From contig NW_021833395.1 in the NCBI RefSeq assembly GCF_006345805.1, forward strand, positions 1-27,320: DNA of 27,320 bases. Reading direction: 5' to 3'. The position numbers and the translations under genes are program-made. Below the pieces are notes generated by a model. The model ran no database searches, was not told the DNA's origin, and saw nothing but the letters and a program-made list of their open reading frames with translations. This DNA comes from Octopus sinensis (Eukaryota). Position 1 is the stretch's first letter, and each line of letters starts with the position of its first letter. This document shows, one piece after another, positions 1 through 10,619 of the stretch.

Positions 1-72
1 GACTCCGCGGATTTTAACTTAGACAAATACCGAAAAGTACTTTGTCCAGCGCACTAACGATTGCACCATCTC
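1..72 (-). mobile_element. Degenerate SINE-A head fragment, cut by the window edge
   Basis: The reverse complement resembles the SINE-A tRNA-like head (AATCGTTAGTGCGCTGGACAAAGTAC...TAAGTTAAAATCCGCGGAG) seen intact at 6845 and 13067. Confidence 0.45.
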
Positions 73-279
73 AGATCGATTATACATGTCTCTCATCAAG
101 AAGTTATATTCTATACATATGTGTTTTTCTGTCCGTTTGTCGTTTACTCTGCCAGTCTTGACGCGTGTGCTTGTATGATCGTGTGAGCAGGTTAGTTGTG
201 TGTGTGGCTGTGTAAGAGTCAGTACGTGTATGCATGTACTGGCTTATGTGTGCGCGAGTGCGTGTGTTTGTGTGCGCGC

Positions 280-339
280 GCAGGCTGTTCCATTGATCGG
301 ATCGACTGGAACCCTCGCCGTCGTGACTGACAAAGTACC
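280..339 (+). mobile_element. SINE-B 3' tail fragment
   Basis: GCAGGCTGTTCCATTGATCGGATCGACTGGAACCCTCGCCGTCGTGACTGAC matches the 3' end of the full SINE-B copy at about 17646-17700. Confidence 0.75.
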
Positions 340-383
340 AGTGTGGTGTCTATGTGTTTGTGTTCATATATGTCTGAATTAGT

Positions 384-792
384 GTGTATGTGTGTGTGTT
401 TGTGTGTGTGTGTGTGTGGTATTTGTGTGTTTGCATAAATGTTTTTATGAGAATGCGTGTGTGTGTATATATATGTGTGTGTGTATATATATGTGTGTGT
501 ATATATATATATGTGTGTGTGTGTGTGGTATTTATGTGTCTGTGTAAATGTTTTTATGAGGATGCGTGTGTGTTTGTGTGTATGTGTGTATGTGTGTGGT
601 ATTTATGTGTTTGCGTAAATATTTTTATTAGGATGCTTGTGTGTTTGTGTGCGCATGTGTATGTGTGTGTGGTATTTGTGTGTCTGTGTAATGTGTAAAT
701 GTTTTTTTATGGGGATGCGTGTGCGTTTGTGTGCGCGTGTGTGTATGTGGTATTTGTGTGTCTGTGTAAATGTTTTTTATGAAGATGCGCGT

Positions 793-833
<41 letters not shown>

Positions 834-990
834 TGTGTGTGTGTGAGTGTGTGTGTGTGTGTGTATCTGCAAATATCTCGGTAAATGTATGCGTATGTGT
901 TCTGGGAGGTTGCTCTGTATGTATGTATGCTTATGTGCATGTGAATGTATATTTATGTATATGTGTGTTGTGGTTGTGTGTATGTGTGTG
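384..990. repeat. TG-rich simple repeat with five copies of a ~70-110 bp higher-order unit
   Basis: The unit GTGGTATTT(G/A)TGTGT..G..TAAAT(G/A)TTTTTAT(G/T)AGGATGCGTGTG recurs near 416, 525, 596, 669 and 747. Confidence 0.9.
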
Positions 991-1042
991 CGTACAGGAA
1001 TTTACTGAGACACAAACTGTACGTTTATTTAAAGAACCCATC

Positions 1043-1232
1043 TATCACTGGTCATCAACATCACCATCACCATCATCATCAACAACGACGACGACGACGA
1101 CAATAGCACCAACACCAACACCGCCACAACCAACAACAACAACAACAACAATGAAATGACCAGCATCACCAACATCACCAGCTCACTCCTCCATCATGGC
1201 CACCACCTCCACAAATAACACTACCGCCACCA
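1043..1232. repeat. CAY/CAA trinucleotide low-complexity tract
   Basis: Direct inspection. Confidence 0.9.
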
Positions 1233-1324
1233 CCAAGACCATCTGTCATATGGGAGTAATGTGTATGTATGTGTACGAATCGGACGTTGCGTATGAATAT
1301 GTATGTGTATATGTGTGTGTGTGT

Positions 1325-1474
1325 GCCTCAGTGTGTTGAATATATGTGTATGTATGTATGTATGTATGTATGTATGTATGTACGTATGTATGTGTGTATG
1401 TATGTATGTTTGTATGTATGTATGTATGTTTGTATGTATGTATGTATGTTTGTATGTATGTATGTATGTATGTG

Positions 1475-1506
<32 letters not shown>

Positions 1507-1610
1507 TGTTTGTATGTATGTATGTGTGTTTGTATGTATGTATGTATGTACGTATGCATGTATGTATGTATGTATGTATGTATGTATGTATGTATGTATG
1601 TATGTATGTG
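1325..1610. repeat. (TATG)n microsatellite
   Basis: Direct inspection. Confidence 0.95.
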
Positions 1611-1689
1611 CGCATATATACGGGTATCAAATAAAACATCTGCTCTGGTTATTCCAGGAACTCATTTGTCAAGGTTTACCAATAACATC

Positions 1690-2240
1690 CCCGCCGATAC
1701 CACCGCGACCACCACCACCGATACCAACACCAACACCAACGCCGACACCATTACGCCTGATATCATCATGACCACCACTTCGGTCGTCATCGCCAACATC
1801 CCCATCACCACTAAAACCACCGTCTTCATCGCTAACACCACTAGCGCACCATCGAAACTACTTCAAGCGACAATAGTATCATCCCATCCAATACTACCAC
1901 CACAACCATCGCCATCACGTTCATCATCCCCATCCCGCAGCGACAACACAACTACCAAAGCTACCACCACCACCACTACCAATACCACCACCACCACCTC
2001 CACCGATACCACCACTACCACCACTAATAACACCACTGCCACCAATAACACCACCACCACCACCACCACTACTACCATCATCGATACTACCACCAATGAC
2101 ACCACTACCACCACCACCTATACCACCACTACCACCACCGACACCACCAACACCAACACCACCACCGACACCACCAACACCAACACCACCACCGACACCA
2201 CCACCACCACTGACACCACCACCGCTACCACCACCTATAC
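1690..2240. repeat. ACC/ACT-rich trinucleotide tract (source of the spurious poly-Thr ORF 1303-2307)
   Basis: Direct inspection. The tract continues at 2473-2570 on the other side of a SINE insertion. Confidence 0.9.
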
Positions 2241-2241
2241 C

Positions 2242-2472
2242 TATTTCTTTATTGCCCACAAGGGGCTAAACACAGAGAGGACAAACAAAGACAGACAAAC
2301 GGATTAATTCGATTACAACGACCTCAGTCCGTAACTGGTACTTATTTAATCGACCCCGAAAGGATGAAAGGCAAAGTCGACCTCGGCGGAATTTGAACTC
2401 AGAACGTAGCGGCAGACGAAATACTGCTAAGCATTTCGCCCGGCGTGCTAACGATTCTGCCAGCTCGCCGCC
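2242..2472 (-). mobile_element. Full-length tRNA-derived SINE-A (tail type 1)
   Basis: Head GGCGGCGAGCTGGCAGAATCG, box B GAGTTCAAATTCC, central TTTCATCCTTTCGGGGTCGA block, tail CCCCTTGTGGGCAATAAAGAAATA. Flanked by CTACCACCACCTATA on both sides (right copy with an expanded CAC). Probably one of the octopus OK/OR1/OR2 SINEs; which name applies is not verified. Confidence 0.92.
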
Positions 2473-2825
2473 CTACCACCACCACCACCACCTATAATAC
2501 GACTACTAACAGCAACAGCTACAACAACAACAACACTGCTACGGACACCAACACCACCACCACTACGATCTCAGCATCCTCATTACCTTCACTACGACTC
2601 GTACGATTACCAACACAACCCCCAACACAGTTGTACTAAAAGAACACCTATACGTAACATTCGTTTAATAGCACCCTACGATCTGAAAAAAGGAAAGATA
2701 TATAAAGTTGTGATAAAGTTTTTCTAGATAGCTCCTAAAATGATGTAATGGTCACGGCTGGAAAGCTTTTGATGGAAGATATGTTCTATTACAGTTGAGC
2801 TGTCGGGTACGAGAACGACACCAGA

Positions 2826-2847
2826 AGGATGGATGGATAGATAGATA

Positions 2848-2890
<43 letters not shown>
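2826..2890. repeat. (GATG)/(GATA)n microsatellite
   Basis: Direct inspection. Confidence 0.95.
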
Positions 2891-2892
<2 letters not shown>

Positions 2893-3038
2893 CTGTTAAG
2901 TTACGGGGACTTAAACACACTAACACCGGTTGTCAAGCGATGGTGGGAGGGACAAACACAAATACATACACGCACAAATAAATACATACACATATATACA
3001 TGTATATATACATATAATATATATATATATATATATAG

Positions 3039-3089
<51 letters not shown>

Positions 3090-3108
3090 CATATATATAT
3101 ATATATAT

Positions 3109-3410
3109 AAAATCAAATATTTTTACTTTCGACACATGTTTCGAAAATTCCACTGATATTATTCAAAAGAATAAATGGTATAAACAATCCAATCTTCTCT
3201 TCAGGAAAGTGAAACAACGAAACTCGTCAATAAGACATTTTAGCAAGAAATGATGGATTTATATAGCGATTAACTGAACGCTATTAATATCGTTTAAAAA
3301 GACGTTATATGATATAACGTCATAAGTAGCTAACAGAAAGAGTAGGGATATTAATAGTGAATGTTAAATATAAAGGAAATTAAAGTTTAAATTATATATA
3401 ATGATAGAGA
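3109..3410 (-). mobile_element. ~300-bp hammerhead-bearing insertion (Penelope-like terminus or retrozyme-like unit) inside a TA microsatellite
   Basis: It interrupts a SINE-C, has TA repeats on both sides and carries the ribozyme motif below near its 3' end. Confidence 0.6.
3125..3210 (-). ncRNA. Type I hammerhead ribozyme motif, canonical core
   Basis: Minus strand reads ACUUUC-CUGAAGA-GAAGAUU...AAUUUUC-GAAA-CAUGUGU-C/GAAAGU. Stem I is 6 bp and perfect, stem II is 7 bp with one G-U and G10.1-C11.1, stem III is 3 bp with a 2-nt loop, and the triplet is GUC. Confidence 0.85.
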
Positions 3411-4042
3411 CTACTTATATATATACGACAGGCTTCTGTCAGTTTCCGTCTGCCAAATCCAATCAGCCCGAAGCTATAGCAGAAGACACTTACCCAAGGT
3501 GCCACGCAGTGGAACTGAACTCGGAACCATGTAGTTGGGGAGCAAGCTTCTTACCACACAGCCACGTCTGTATTAATTATTTTTCTTTGTATCTTGTATG
3601 TGTTGTGTGTATTGCATTTGTTAGACTTTGCTTCATGTTTATATAAACAAAACTGTTTGATATATATAACTATAGTTTCCGTTATTATATATCCTTTTCC
3701 CACCACTATTACTTCTGCTGTTACCACCAGCACCAGCACCACCACTACTACCGCTACTACCATCATCACAACGCCTGCCAACTTCACCACTACATAAGCC
3801 ATTACCACCTGTATAACTTATCACAATTACCACCATTCGTGCCGTACCTACCACCACCAACAACAACCACCACCGATCAACACTTCTGTTTCTACCATTG
3901 TTATATATTCAATTATATTTTCATCTCCGCCATTTTTACTTCTACCTCAGAAACTTTTAAATCGTGTGGTGTCGTTGCCATTATTGCAACCACCAACAAC
4001 ACCAACATAACTGGACATACATAACAGCAACAATAACAGTGT

Positions 4043-4612
4043 GGAGACGCAAAAGCCCAGGAGTTAGGGCAGCGGACTCGCAGTCGTAAGAACGCGGTTT
4101 CGATTCCCAGACCAGGCATTGAGAGTTTTTATTGAGCAAAAACACCTGAGCTCCACGAGGCTCCGGCTAGGATGGTGGGTGGTGAACCCCGTTGTACTCT
4201 TTCACCACAACTTTCTCTCACTCTTTCTTCCTACTTCTGCCACAATGCAGAGGAACCATGGTGTAACCCACTATGGTGTGGTAAACTTTCAGACCCTAGT
4301 CTAGATACCCCAGGATGGTTCATCTCTCCACCCGTTAAAAGCCACCGATTACGGAATGAGGATAACAACGTAGCTTTCGCGCCCCTGCAACCGCCATGTC
4401 TATCGCGGGTGGTGGGTGGATCTTCAAGTTGCCACACGCATTCTTAATAGCTTAGAGTAGGCACGAATTAGAGATTATTCTTTGTGGCTAATGGCGCGAG
4501 TCCTGATTTGGAAGAAGAAGAAGAAGAAGAAGAAGAAGAAGAAGAAGAAGAAGAAGAAGAAGAAGAAGAAGAAGAAGAAGAAGAAGAAGAAGAAGAAGAA
4601 GAAGAAGAAGAA
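4043..4612 (+). mobile_element. SINE-B head (4043-~4240) joined to a different ~270-bp body ending in (GAA)34
   Basis: The first ~200 bp align to SINE-B at 17331 and then diverge after CTTCCT..TTCTG. A pure GAA run occupies 4511-4612. Confidence 0.7.
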
Positions 4613-5189
4613 GAGTGGCAACGATATTATTAACATGGACACGATCAGCATCGCCTCTACCACCACCACCACCACCACCACTACAAGCATCACTAGCACG
4701 AACTGACGATAAAACCTTTGTGTGGTTGCTCGATATAGGCGGAAATGCAGCTAAACATTACTCAAAACACAGTTTAAAAAAGAAAAAGCCATGCCGGATA
4801 ATATAGATTCTGATAAAAAATTATCCAACGATGCATTGCGATACACAACTCAGTGTGCTGCGAGAATAATAAAATTATATTTTAATAAAGGAGAAACATA
4901 TAAATCAGAATTTATGATACCTATACCTTAACGCAATAAAAGCAGACGCCTACGCTTTGTGTCACAATCTAGAAATTTATTCGAAATTGCACTCGGAATG
5001 CAAATCGATGTATTAAATACCAAAAGATGTTTAACAGACATTTGAATGAATCTGCCACATCACAGACTTAAATTATGAATTATATATCAATACAAAAGTA
5101 CTTTCATTTCTACCTACCTCTTGTACCATCGTCTAGAAAATGTTATTTGAAAGCGGTAACTTCTTTTACTAATGAAAATGTCTATATCT

Positions 5190-5598
5190 ATATTCAAGTC
5201 CATGCATCCATCTATCCTATTCTGTACCTTTGATGTGTCGTGGGTAAGAGTCCTCAGTTACTTCTCCATAGGGTACTATCAGAACCAACTGTCATTAAAT
5301 TTTGGGGGCTGGATTCCGAAGTGCGAACAACTGAAACTGCGGATATTATCGAACGATCCCATTCTCTCGGCCTACCCCTAGGTCTCTTCTTGGTTGACTT
5401 CGTATCAAGAATTCGTCCTTGTGGTTCTTCCCTTTGACATTCCAATCGCATGTCAGTAGTACTAGAGCTGTGACCACTCACTGCAGAAAGGTAGCGACTC
5501 GACCTGAAGAGACTCTCTGATCTCCGAGCTACACACCTTGTCGAATAACGTTACTCCAGAGACCCTTCGGAGGAATCCCACTCGTCCGCTTATATTTG
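5190..5598 (-). mobile_element. RTE-clade (Rex3/Expander-like) LINE remnant, 3' part
   Basis: Broken frames read GFLRRVSGVTLFDKVCSSEIRESLQVE and KKRPRGRPREW...LWRSN, followed by a GATAGATGGATG-type tail typical of Rex3/Expander 3' ends. Confidence 0.85.
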
Positions 5599-5827
5599 TT
5601 TTTTTATTACCCACAAGGGGCTAAACATAGAGGGGACAAACAAGGACAGACAAACGGATTAAGTCGATTACATCGACCCCAGTGCGTAACTGGTACTTAA
5701 TTAATCGACCCCGAAAGGATGAAAGGCAAAGTCGACATCGGTGGAATTTGAACTCAGAACGTAACGGCAGACGAAATACGGCTACGCATTTCGCCCGGCG
5801 TGCTAACGATTCTGCCAGCTCGCCGCC
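5599..5827 (-). mobile_element. Full-length SINE-A, 3' module of a 5S-SINE chimera
   Basis: Complete head, core and tail, ending in an A7 run that abuts the left TSD copy at 5581-5598. Confidence 0.92.
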
Positions 5828-5842
5828 TTCTCAATGTGTCAC

Positions 5843-5950
5843 GCTTACAGCACTTAGGTTTCCCAAGCGGGCACTCATCTAAGTACTAACTAGGCTCGAC
5901 TTCGGTGATCGGATGGGAACCGGTGCTTTCAACGTGATATGGCCGTAAGC
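5843..5950 (-). pseudogene. 5S rRNA: 5S rRNA retropseudogene (108 nt, ~10-nt internal deletion)
   Basis: Minus strand: GCTTACGGCCATATCACGTTGAAAGCACCGGTTCCCATCCGATCACCGAAGT^CGAGCCTAGTTAGTACTTAGATGAGTGCCCGCTTGGGAAACCTAAGTGCTGTAAGC. The helix I ends pair, the segment expected as TAAGCAACGT is missing, and there is no T-run terminator. Confidence 0.93.
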
Positions 5951-6370
5951 TCGTCCGCTTATATTTGCTATCCTACTCTTTCGATCGTTACCCAACATTC
6001 ATGATCATAAGTAAGGACAGGCTCGAAAACTGAAATGAAAATAGCACGTCTAGCTTATTTTACCAACCTCTCTCCTCTTTTGAGGACCGAATTCTGGAGC
6101 TGAGGCATTACTGTGTCAGTTCCTACAATGCTAACATCCAATTCAGCCTTTTCCTTGCCATCACTCGTGAATACGGCCCCGAGACACTTAAACTTCTCCA
6201 CATGCTCTCGTGATGTTTCACTAATATGCAGAGTATAATGAAACGAATTTCTTGAGAGAATCAATATTTCAGAATTCGCAACACAAATTCTCATCCCAGC
6301 CTTGCAGCACTCGTCAGCGAACCCTTTCAATCGATGCTCAGGGAATATGATTTTGCCCACGAACAAACTT
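5950..6370 (-). mobile_element. RTE-clade LINE remnant, post-RT (thumb) region; same copy as 5190-5598
   Basis: FADECCKAGMRICVANSEILILSR...VEKFKCLGAVFTSDG...*ARRAIFISVFEPVLTYDHECWVTIER resembles Rex3/Expander ORF2. It is collinear with the 3' part across the insertion. Confidence 0.88.
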
Positions 6371-6466
6371 TGTAATAAGTTATCAAAAGTACAATAACAA
6401 CTGAAAGAAAGTATGAGTCAAAAAACACATTACAATTGTAACTGGAAAGCATGCAATAAGCTGTTT

Positions 6467-6820
6467 TCAATGGCTGAGTCGTAAGCACGGCGGGCAAAAC
6501 TGTTTAGCGGCATTTCGTCGGTTTTTTACGTTCTGAGTTCAAATTCCGTTCGAGGTCGACTTTACTGGATCCAATGAAATCGACTTACTCCCTTCCCCAA
6601 CTTGCTACCCTGTGCCAAAATTTGAAACCAATATGTATGTTCTTATAAAGCGGCAAGCTAGCAGAAGCGTCAGCGCACATCAGGCTAAATTATTAGCGGT
6701 ATGTTTTCCGACTTATTACTTTCTGAGTTCAAATACCACTGAGGTTGCATATGTAGGTCGATAAAATAACTACCAGTTAAATACAGGAATCCATGAAATC
6801 TACTACCTTCTCCGCAATTG
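6467..6820 (+). mobile_element. Two degenerate SINE-A-family copies (about 6467-6635 and 6648-6820)
   Basis: Box B TTCTGAGTTCAAAT in both. The first carries the TGTGCCAAAATTTGAAACC tail variant. Confidence 0.7.
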
Positions 6821-6844
6821 ATGGAACGATTATAAGTAAGAAAA

Positions 6845-7075
6845 AGCGGCGAGCTGGCAGAACCTTTAGCACGCCGGGCGAAATGCGTAGTCGTATTTCG
6901 TCTGCCGCTACGTTCTGAGTTCAAATTCCGCCGAGGTCGACTTTGCCTTTCATCCTTTCGAGGTCGATAAATTAAGTACCAGTTAAGCACTGGGGTCGAC
7001 GTAATCGTCTTAATCCGTTTGTCTGTCCTTGTTTGTCCCCTCTATGTTTAGCCCCTTGTGGGTAATAAAGAAACA
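6845..7075 (+). mobile_element. Full-length SINE-A (tail type 1) with a ~15-bp TSD
   Basis: Consensus-like copy flanked by TATAAGTAAGAAAAA (6831-6845) and TATAAGTAAAGAAAA (7076-7090). Confidence 0.92.
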
Positions 7076-7097
7076 TATAAGTAAAGAAAACCATACT

Positions 7098-7260
7098 GGT
7101 TTCAAATTTTGGCACAATGTCAGCAGTTTGTGGGGAGGGGTTAAGTCTATTCAATCTATCCCAGTCCCCAACTGGAGGCAGAATTTGAACTCAGAACGCA
7201 AAGGACGAAATGACGCTAAGCATTTTACGTGGCCTGCTAAGGATTATGCCAGGTCACCGT
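7098..7260 (-). mobile_element. Degenerate SINE-A, tail type 2, internally deleted
   Basis: Box B and the TGTGCCAAAATTTGAAACCA tail are present on the minus strand. Confidence 0.7.
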
Positions 7261-7261
7261 C

Positions 7262-7489
7262 TTAACCCATTCGTTACCAACCTGGCGGAAACCGGGTCTG
7301 GCTCTGAGTACAAATGTCTTGTTTTCATAAGTTTTGAATTAAAATTTTCCACCAAACCTCAGTCACAATTTATGTTCCTAACACTAGCTGAATGATAACT
7401 AAGTTATTTTACTAAATCCTTTGTTATATTTAAAGTAATTGAAAGAAACACAGAGCATCTCAAAAGAAATACAGTAATGAAAGGGTTAG
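7262..7489. mobile_element. piggyBac-like MITE (TTAA target, CCC...GGG termini)
   Basis: TTAA|CCCATTCGTTAC ... GTAATGAAAGGG|TTAG; the TIRs match at 10 of 12 positions and there is no coding capacity. Confidence 0.7.
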
Positions 7490-7610
7490 TAAGAAAATGT
7501 GTATTAAACCCATTTAATCGTCGAGTTTTTTATTATTAAAAGCTATCTTACTTTTGGAAGGAAATGTATTAAATGAATAAGTTATTTTCATTTAATTACA
7601 TTGCACTAAA

Positions 7611-7643
7611 GAAACCCGTGGAAACTCCATGGATTTCGCTAGT
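7611..7643 (+). mobile_element. Helitron-like 3' terminus
   Basis: Hairpin GAAAC-CCGTGGA-AAC-TCCATGG-ATTTC followed by CTAG|T, the Helitron 3' signature. The 5' end was not located. Confidence 0.5.
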
Positions 7644-8362
7644 CCTTATTATTATGCTTGCCACATGTGTTCGGATGACAGAATTTTCTATGGAACAAAA
7701 TCGAAAAAAATAACTGAAATTGTTAACATAATATAATTCGTTCGAGTGTCGTATTTTCAAGTACCTTTAATATGGAACTAAATCTAAAACATAATGAAAT
7801 ATCTTTATTAGCATCTATAAGTTTATACATCAGAATTGAAATAGGATGTTAATTTTTTTTTTTTACAAAGCGTGACTTCTCTAGGGAGCCCCGCTAGGAA
7901 AGTCTTAATATGATGCAAATTATAACTGCAAACGTGTCAACCGAATTAAACTTTGAGTGGGAGAGAAGGAAGGAAGTACTGCGTGCATTTTAAGTAAATG
8001 GTCATATGGGTACACTATTTAAAAGAAAATTAGAGTATTGGTTTTTGATTTTAAGAGTTCAAATAATATATATATATTTTTTTTTTTTTTTGCTGAAAAC
8101 GCTGTTAAATGTAAATCTATAGTGAATTGCACGATTACGGTTTTTTTCTAATCAAATATTCTTTTATGTAAAGATTTTGCATGTCACAACTAAAAAAATA
8201 AACCAGAATTTCAATTGAAAATGTAAAATTTTGTATGAATACATATAGCTCTAAGATATTATTTATGTTTCCATGTCTTTCATGTGATACTAACTTTTCA
8301 CACGTTTATAACTATAGTAATCACGAATGCGTTTAATCTAAAGACTGTTTTAAACCTCGTTT

Positions 8363-9285
8363 CGACTCGGTAGTTCGGGTGAACGGCTTTTTATCTAAGT
8401 CGTTCAGCATCAAACGCTCGGTTCGTCAAGGGTGTCCGCTCTCCCCGCTTTTGTATGTGATGGCTCTTGAGCCATTGCTGCGAACATTGGGTGGCATCCC
8501 GAGACAGCCATGTTGTGGAAAGTTGGTTTCAGCGTACGCGGATGACATTACCATCATCGTAGCCAAAATGGATCACCTACAGAGGGTAGGCAAGGCCATT
8601 AAGGTTTACGAGACGGTGGGAGGAGCAAAGGTTAATCGTGAAAAGTCAGTTGGCTTGCAACTCTGCACCTAGGGAGGCAAGTCGATGCCTCCTGACAGCG
8701 TCGTGGGACATTGGACGGAGGGCCCGATTAAGTTGCTATGAGTTTGGTTTGGACCAGACCTCCAAATAGAGAAGAACTGGACCGAGGTATCGAGCAGGAT
8801 GACCCACATAGTCAATACCTGGTCTTGGCGGTGGCTATCCCTAAAAGAAAAGGCGGAGGTGACCAATGTGTATATTGCATCGGTCATCACCCACCGCCCA
8901 ACCGTCGTTCCTCACCCTCATTCGTGGTTGATCAAGCTGGAAAGACAGATTTTCCACTTCTTGTGGAAGGGCTCGAAAGTGCTTGTGAGACAGCTCTATT
9001 TGCTGCCAACAACCGTTAAAGGGTGGTCTAGGGATGCCTTGGCTGTTGATATGCAGACATGCGCTGCGGGTGAGGCATCTGTGGGTCCACCTGGATGATG
9101 AACGGGTGTGGTCTCTGCTGGCGAAATGGATCTTTCCCAAGTTCACTAGTTTCGGTTGGCAAGAAACCTGGTTCTATCGAAAATCGAAGTTGGGTACATG
9201 GTATACGGAGTGTCGTAAGGGTCTCCTACTATTCCGTCGTAAGATTGTGGTTTCGGTACCTGGACCGGGCGACGCATGATGAGAA
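8363..9285 (+). mobile_element. L1/Tx1-clade LINE ORF2 remnant (RT core and downstream region; stops and frameshifts)
   Basis: SVVRVNGFLSKSFSIKRSVRQGCPLSPLLYVMALEPLL...SAYADDITI...GAKVNREKSVGLQL, then FGPDLQIEKNW and WSWRWLSLKEKAEV. Confidence 0.9.
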
Positions 9286-9289
9286 ATGG

Positions 9290-9862
9290 ATTAAGTCTAG
9301 GGAGGCTCTAATCGATTACATCATGCCCAGTGTTCAACTGGTATTTATTTCAATGACCCCGAAAGGTGGAAAGATAAAGCCGGCCTCAGCGGAATTTGAA
9401 CTCAGAAGTTAATGACGAATGAAATGTCGCTAAGAATTTTGCCCGGCGTGCTAACGTTTCTTATTTCTTTATTGCCCACAAGGAGCTTAACATAGAGGGG
9501 ACAAACAAGGGCAGACAAAGGGATTAAGTAGATTACATCGACCCCTCTGCGTAACTGGTTCTTATTCAATCGACCCCGAAAGGATGAAAGGCAAAGTCGA
9601 CCTCGGCGGAATTTGAACTCAGAACGTAACGGCAGACGAAATACCTATTTCTTTACTACCCAGGGGCTAAACACAGAGAGGACAAACAAGGACAGACAAA
9701 TGGATTAGTCGATTATATCGATCCCAGGCGTAACGTACTTATTTAATCACCCCGAAAGGATGAAAGGCAAAGTCGACCTCGGCGCAATTTGAACTCAGAA
9801 CGTAGCGGCAGACGAAATACCACTAAGCGTTTCGCCCAGTGTGCTAACGTTTGTGCCGGCTT
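9290..9862 (-). mobile_element. Nested or tandem trimer of SINE-A copies (9290-9461, 9462-9645, 9646-9862)
   Basis: Three box-B/core blocks in series. The junctions are tail GAAATA|GGTATTTCG and tail GAAATA|AGAAACGTTAG. Confidence 0.9.
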
Positions 9863-9873
9863 CTTTTTCGTCC

Positions 9874-10040
9874 GAGCTGGCAGAATCGTTAGCACGCCGG
9901 GCGAAATGCTTAGAGGCATTTCATCCGTCTTCACGTTCCGAATTCAAATTCCGCCGTGGTCGACTTTTCCTTTCATCCTTTCAGGGTCATTAAATTAAGT
10001 ACCAAATTTGCTGACCTTGTACCAAAATTTGAAACCAATA
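9874..10040 (+). mobile_element. SINE-A tail type 2, head-to-head with the trimer
   Basis: GAGCTGGCAGAATCGTTAGCACGCCGGGCG...TGTACCAAAATTTGAAACCAATA. Confidence 0.85.
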
Positions 10041-10619
10041 TTTGGAGGTCATATTGATATGTGAAGGGCTCTTCTCTGTTTTTCGTAATTTATGATCATT
10101 GAGCACAGATGATATGACCATATGAGCAAGGATATCTTTGTCGTGGCAAAGTTTATTTTGTAACAACATACTTCCGTTTTTGATCCCTCAACGTGAAGCG
10201 CCGGGAAAATGTCTTTTAAAACTTAACCCACCTCTCAGCTCAACTACATAGCTCTTGATTAAAACTGGATTAAAACTTGCTGAACTGTCCCTTTTGTTCA
10301 TTTTCGCTTAAATTATGCAAATTACCCAGGGCTATATATGAATTATTTTTGTACATATCTAAATATCATGTCTGCTGTGCTAATGATGCATACGGAGGCA
10401 GAAATCCGTGTCCTACAGCTGTTCTTTCGTCTCCAGACAGACCGTCTTTCGAAAAATTTTATTCATGAGATTATCTTCTCCTTCATATTTGGAGGTCGGC
10501 GCAATAAGACGTCTGAGTATTTTACTCTCAAAAGGAAAAGAAATATAATAAAATAAAAAAAATATTATGTATGTTATATATTATCATAGCTATGATTGTT
10601 ATTATAAATAATACATTAT

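Larger units (their letters stand above)
2891..3570 (-). mobile_element. SINE-C copy split at its internal TA microsatellite (3' part 2891-~2990, 5' part ~3420-3570)
   Basis: Both parts match the intact SINE-C copies at 11732-12122 and 15655-16072. About 300 bp of foreign sequence (3109-3410) plus an expanded (TA)n lie between them. Confidence 0.85.

Noticed and set aside
1303-2307. 334-aa ORF (CMYV repeats plus poly-Thr), mucin-like at first sight
   Set aside because: It is a read-through of (TATG)n and (ACC)n microsatellites into a SINE tail, with no splice signals or domain.
4705-4760. CTGACGA...GGAAA on the plus strand as a hammerhead
   Set aside because: No stem II closes next to GAAA, and there is no stem I or III pairing.
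5843-5950. Functional 5S rRNA gene
   Set aside because: It has a 10-nt deletion removing a helix II strand and part of box A, no terminator, and is enclosed in a TSD with a SINE.
9190-9225. GIRSVVRV in ORF 9095-9412 as a duplicated RT segment
   Set aside because: The alternative frame (WYTECRKGL) continues the Tx1 ORF2 collinearly, so the match is likely coincidental.
10338-10556. 72-aa ORF in unique sequence, possible first exon or promoter
   Set aside because: No recognisable motif, and the splice and promoter signals are too weak to support a call.
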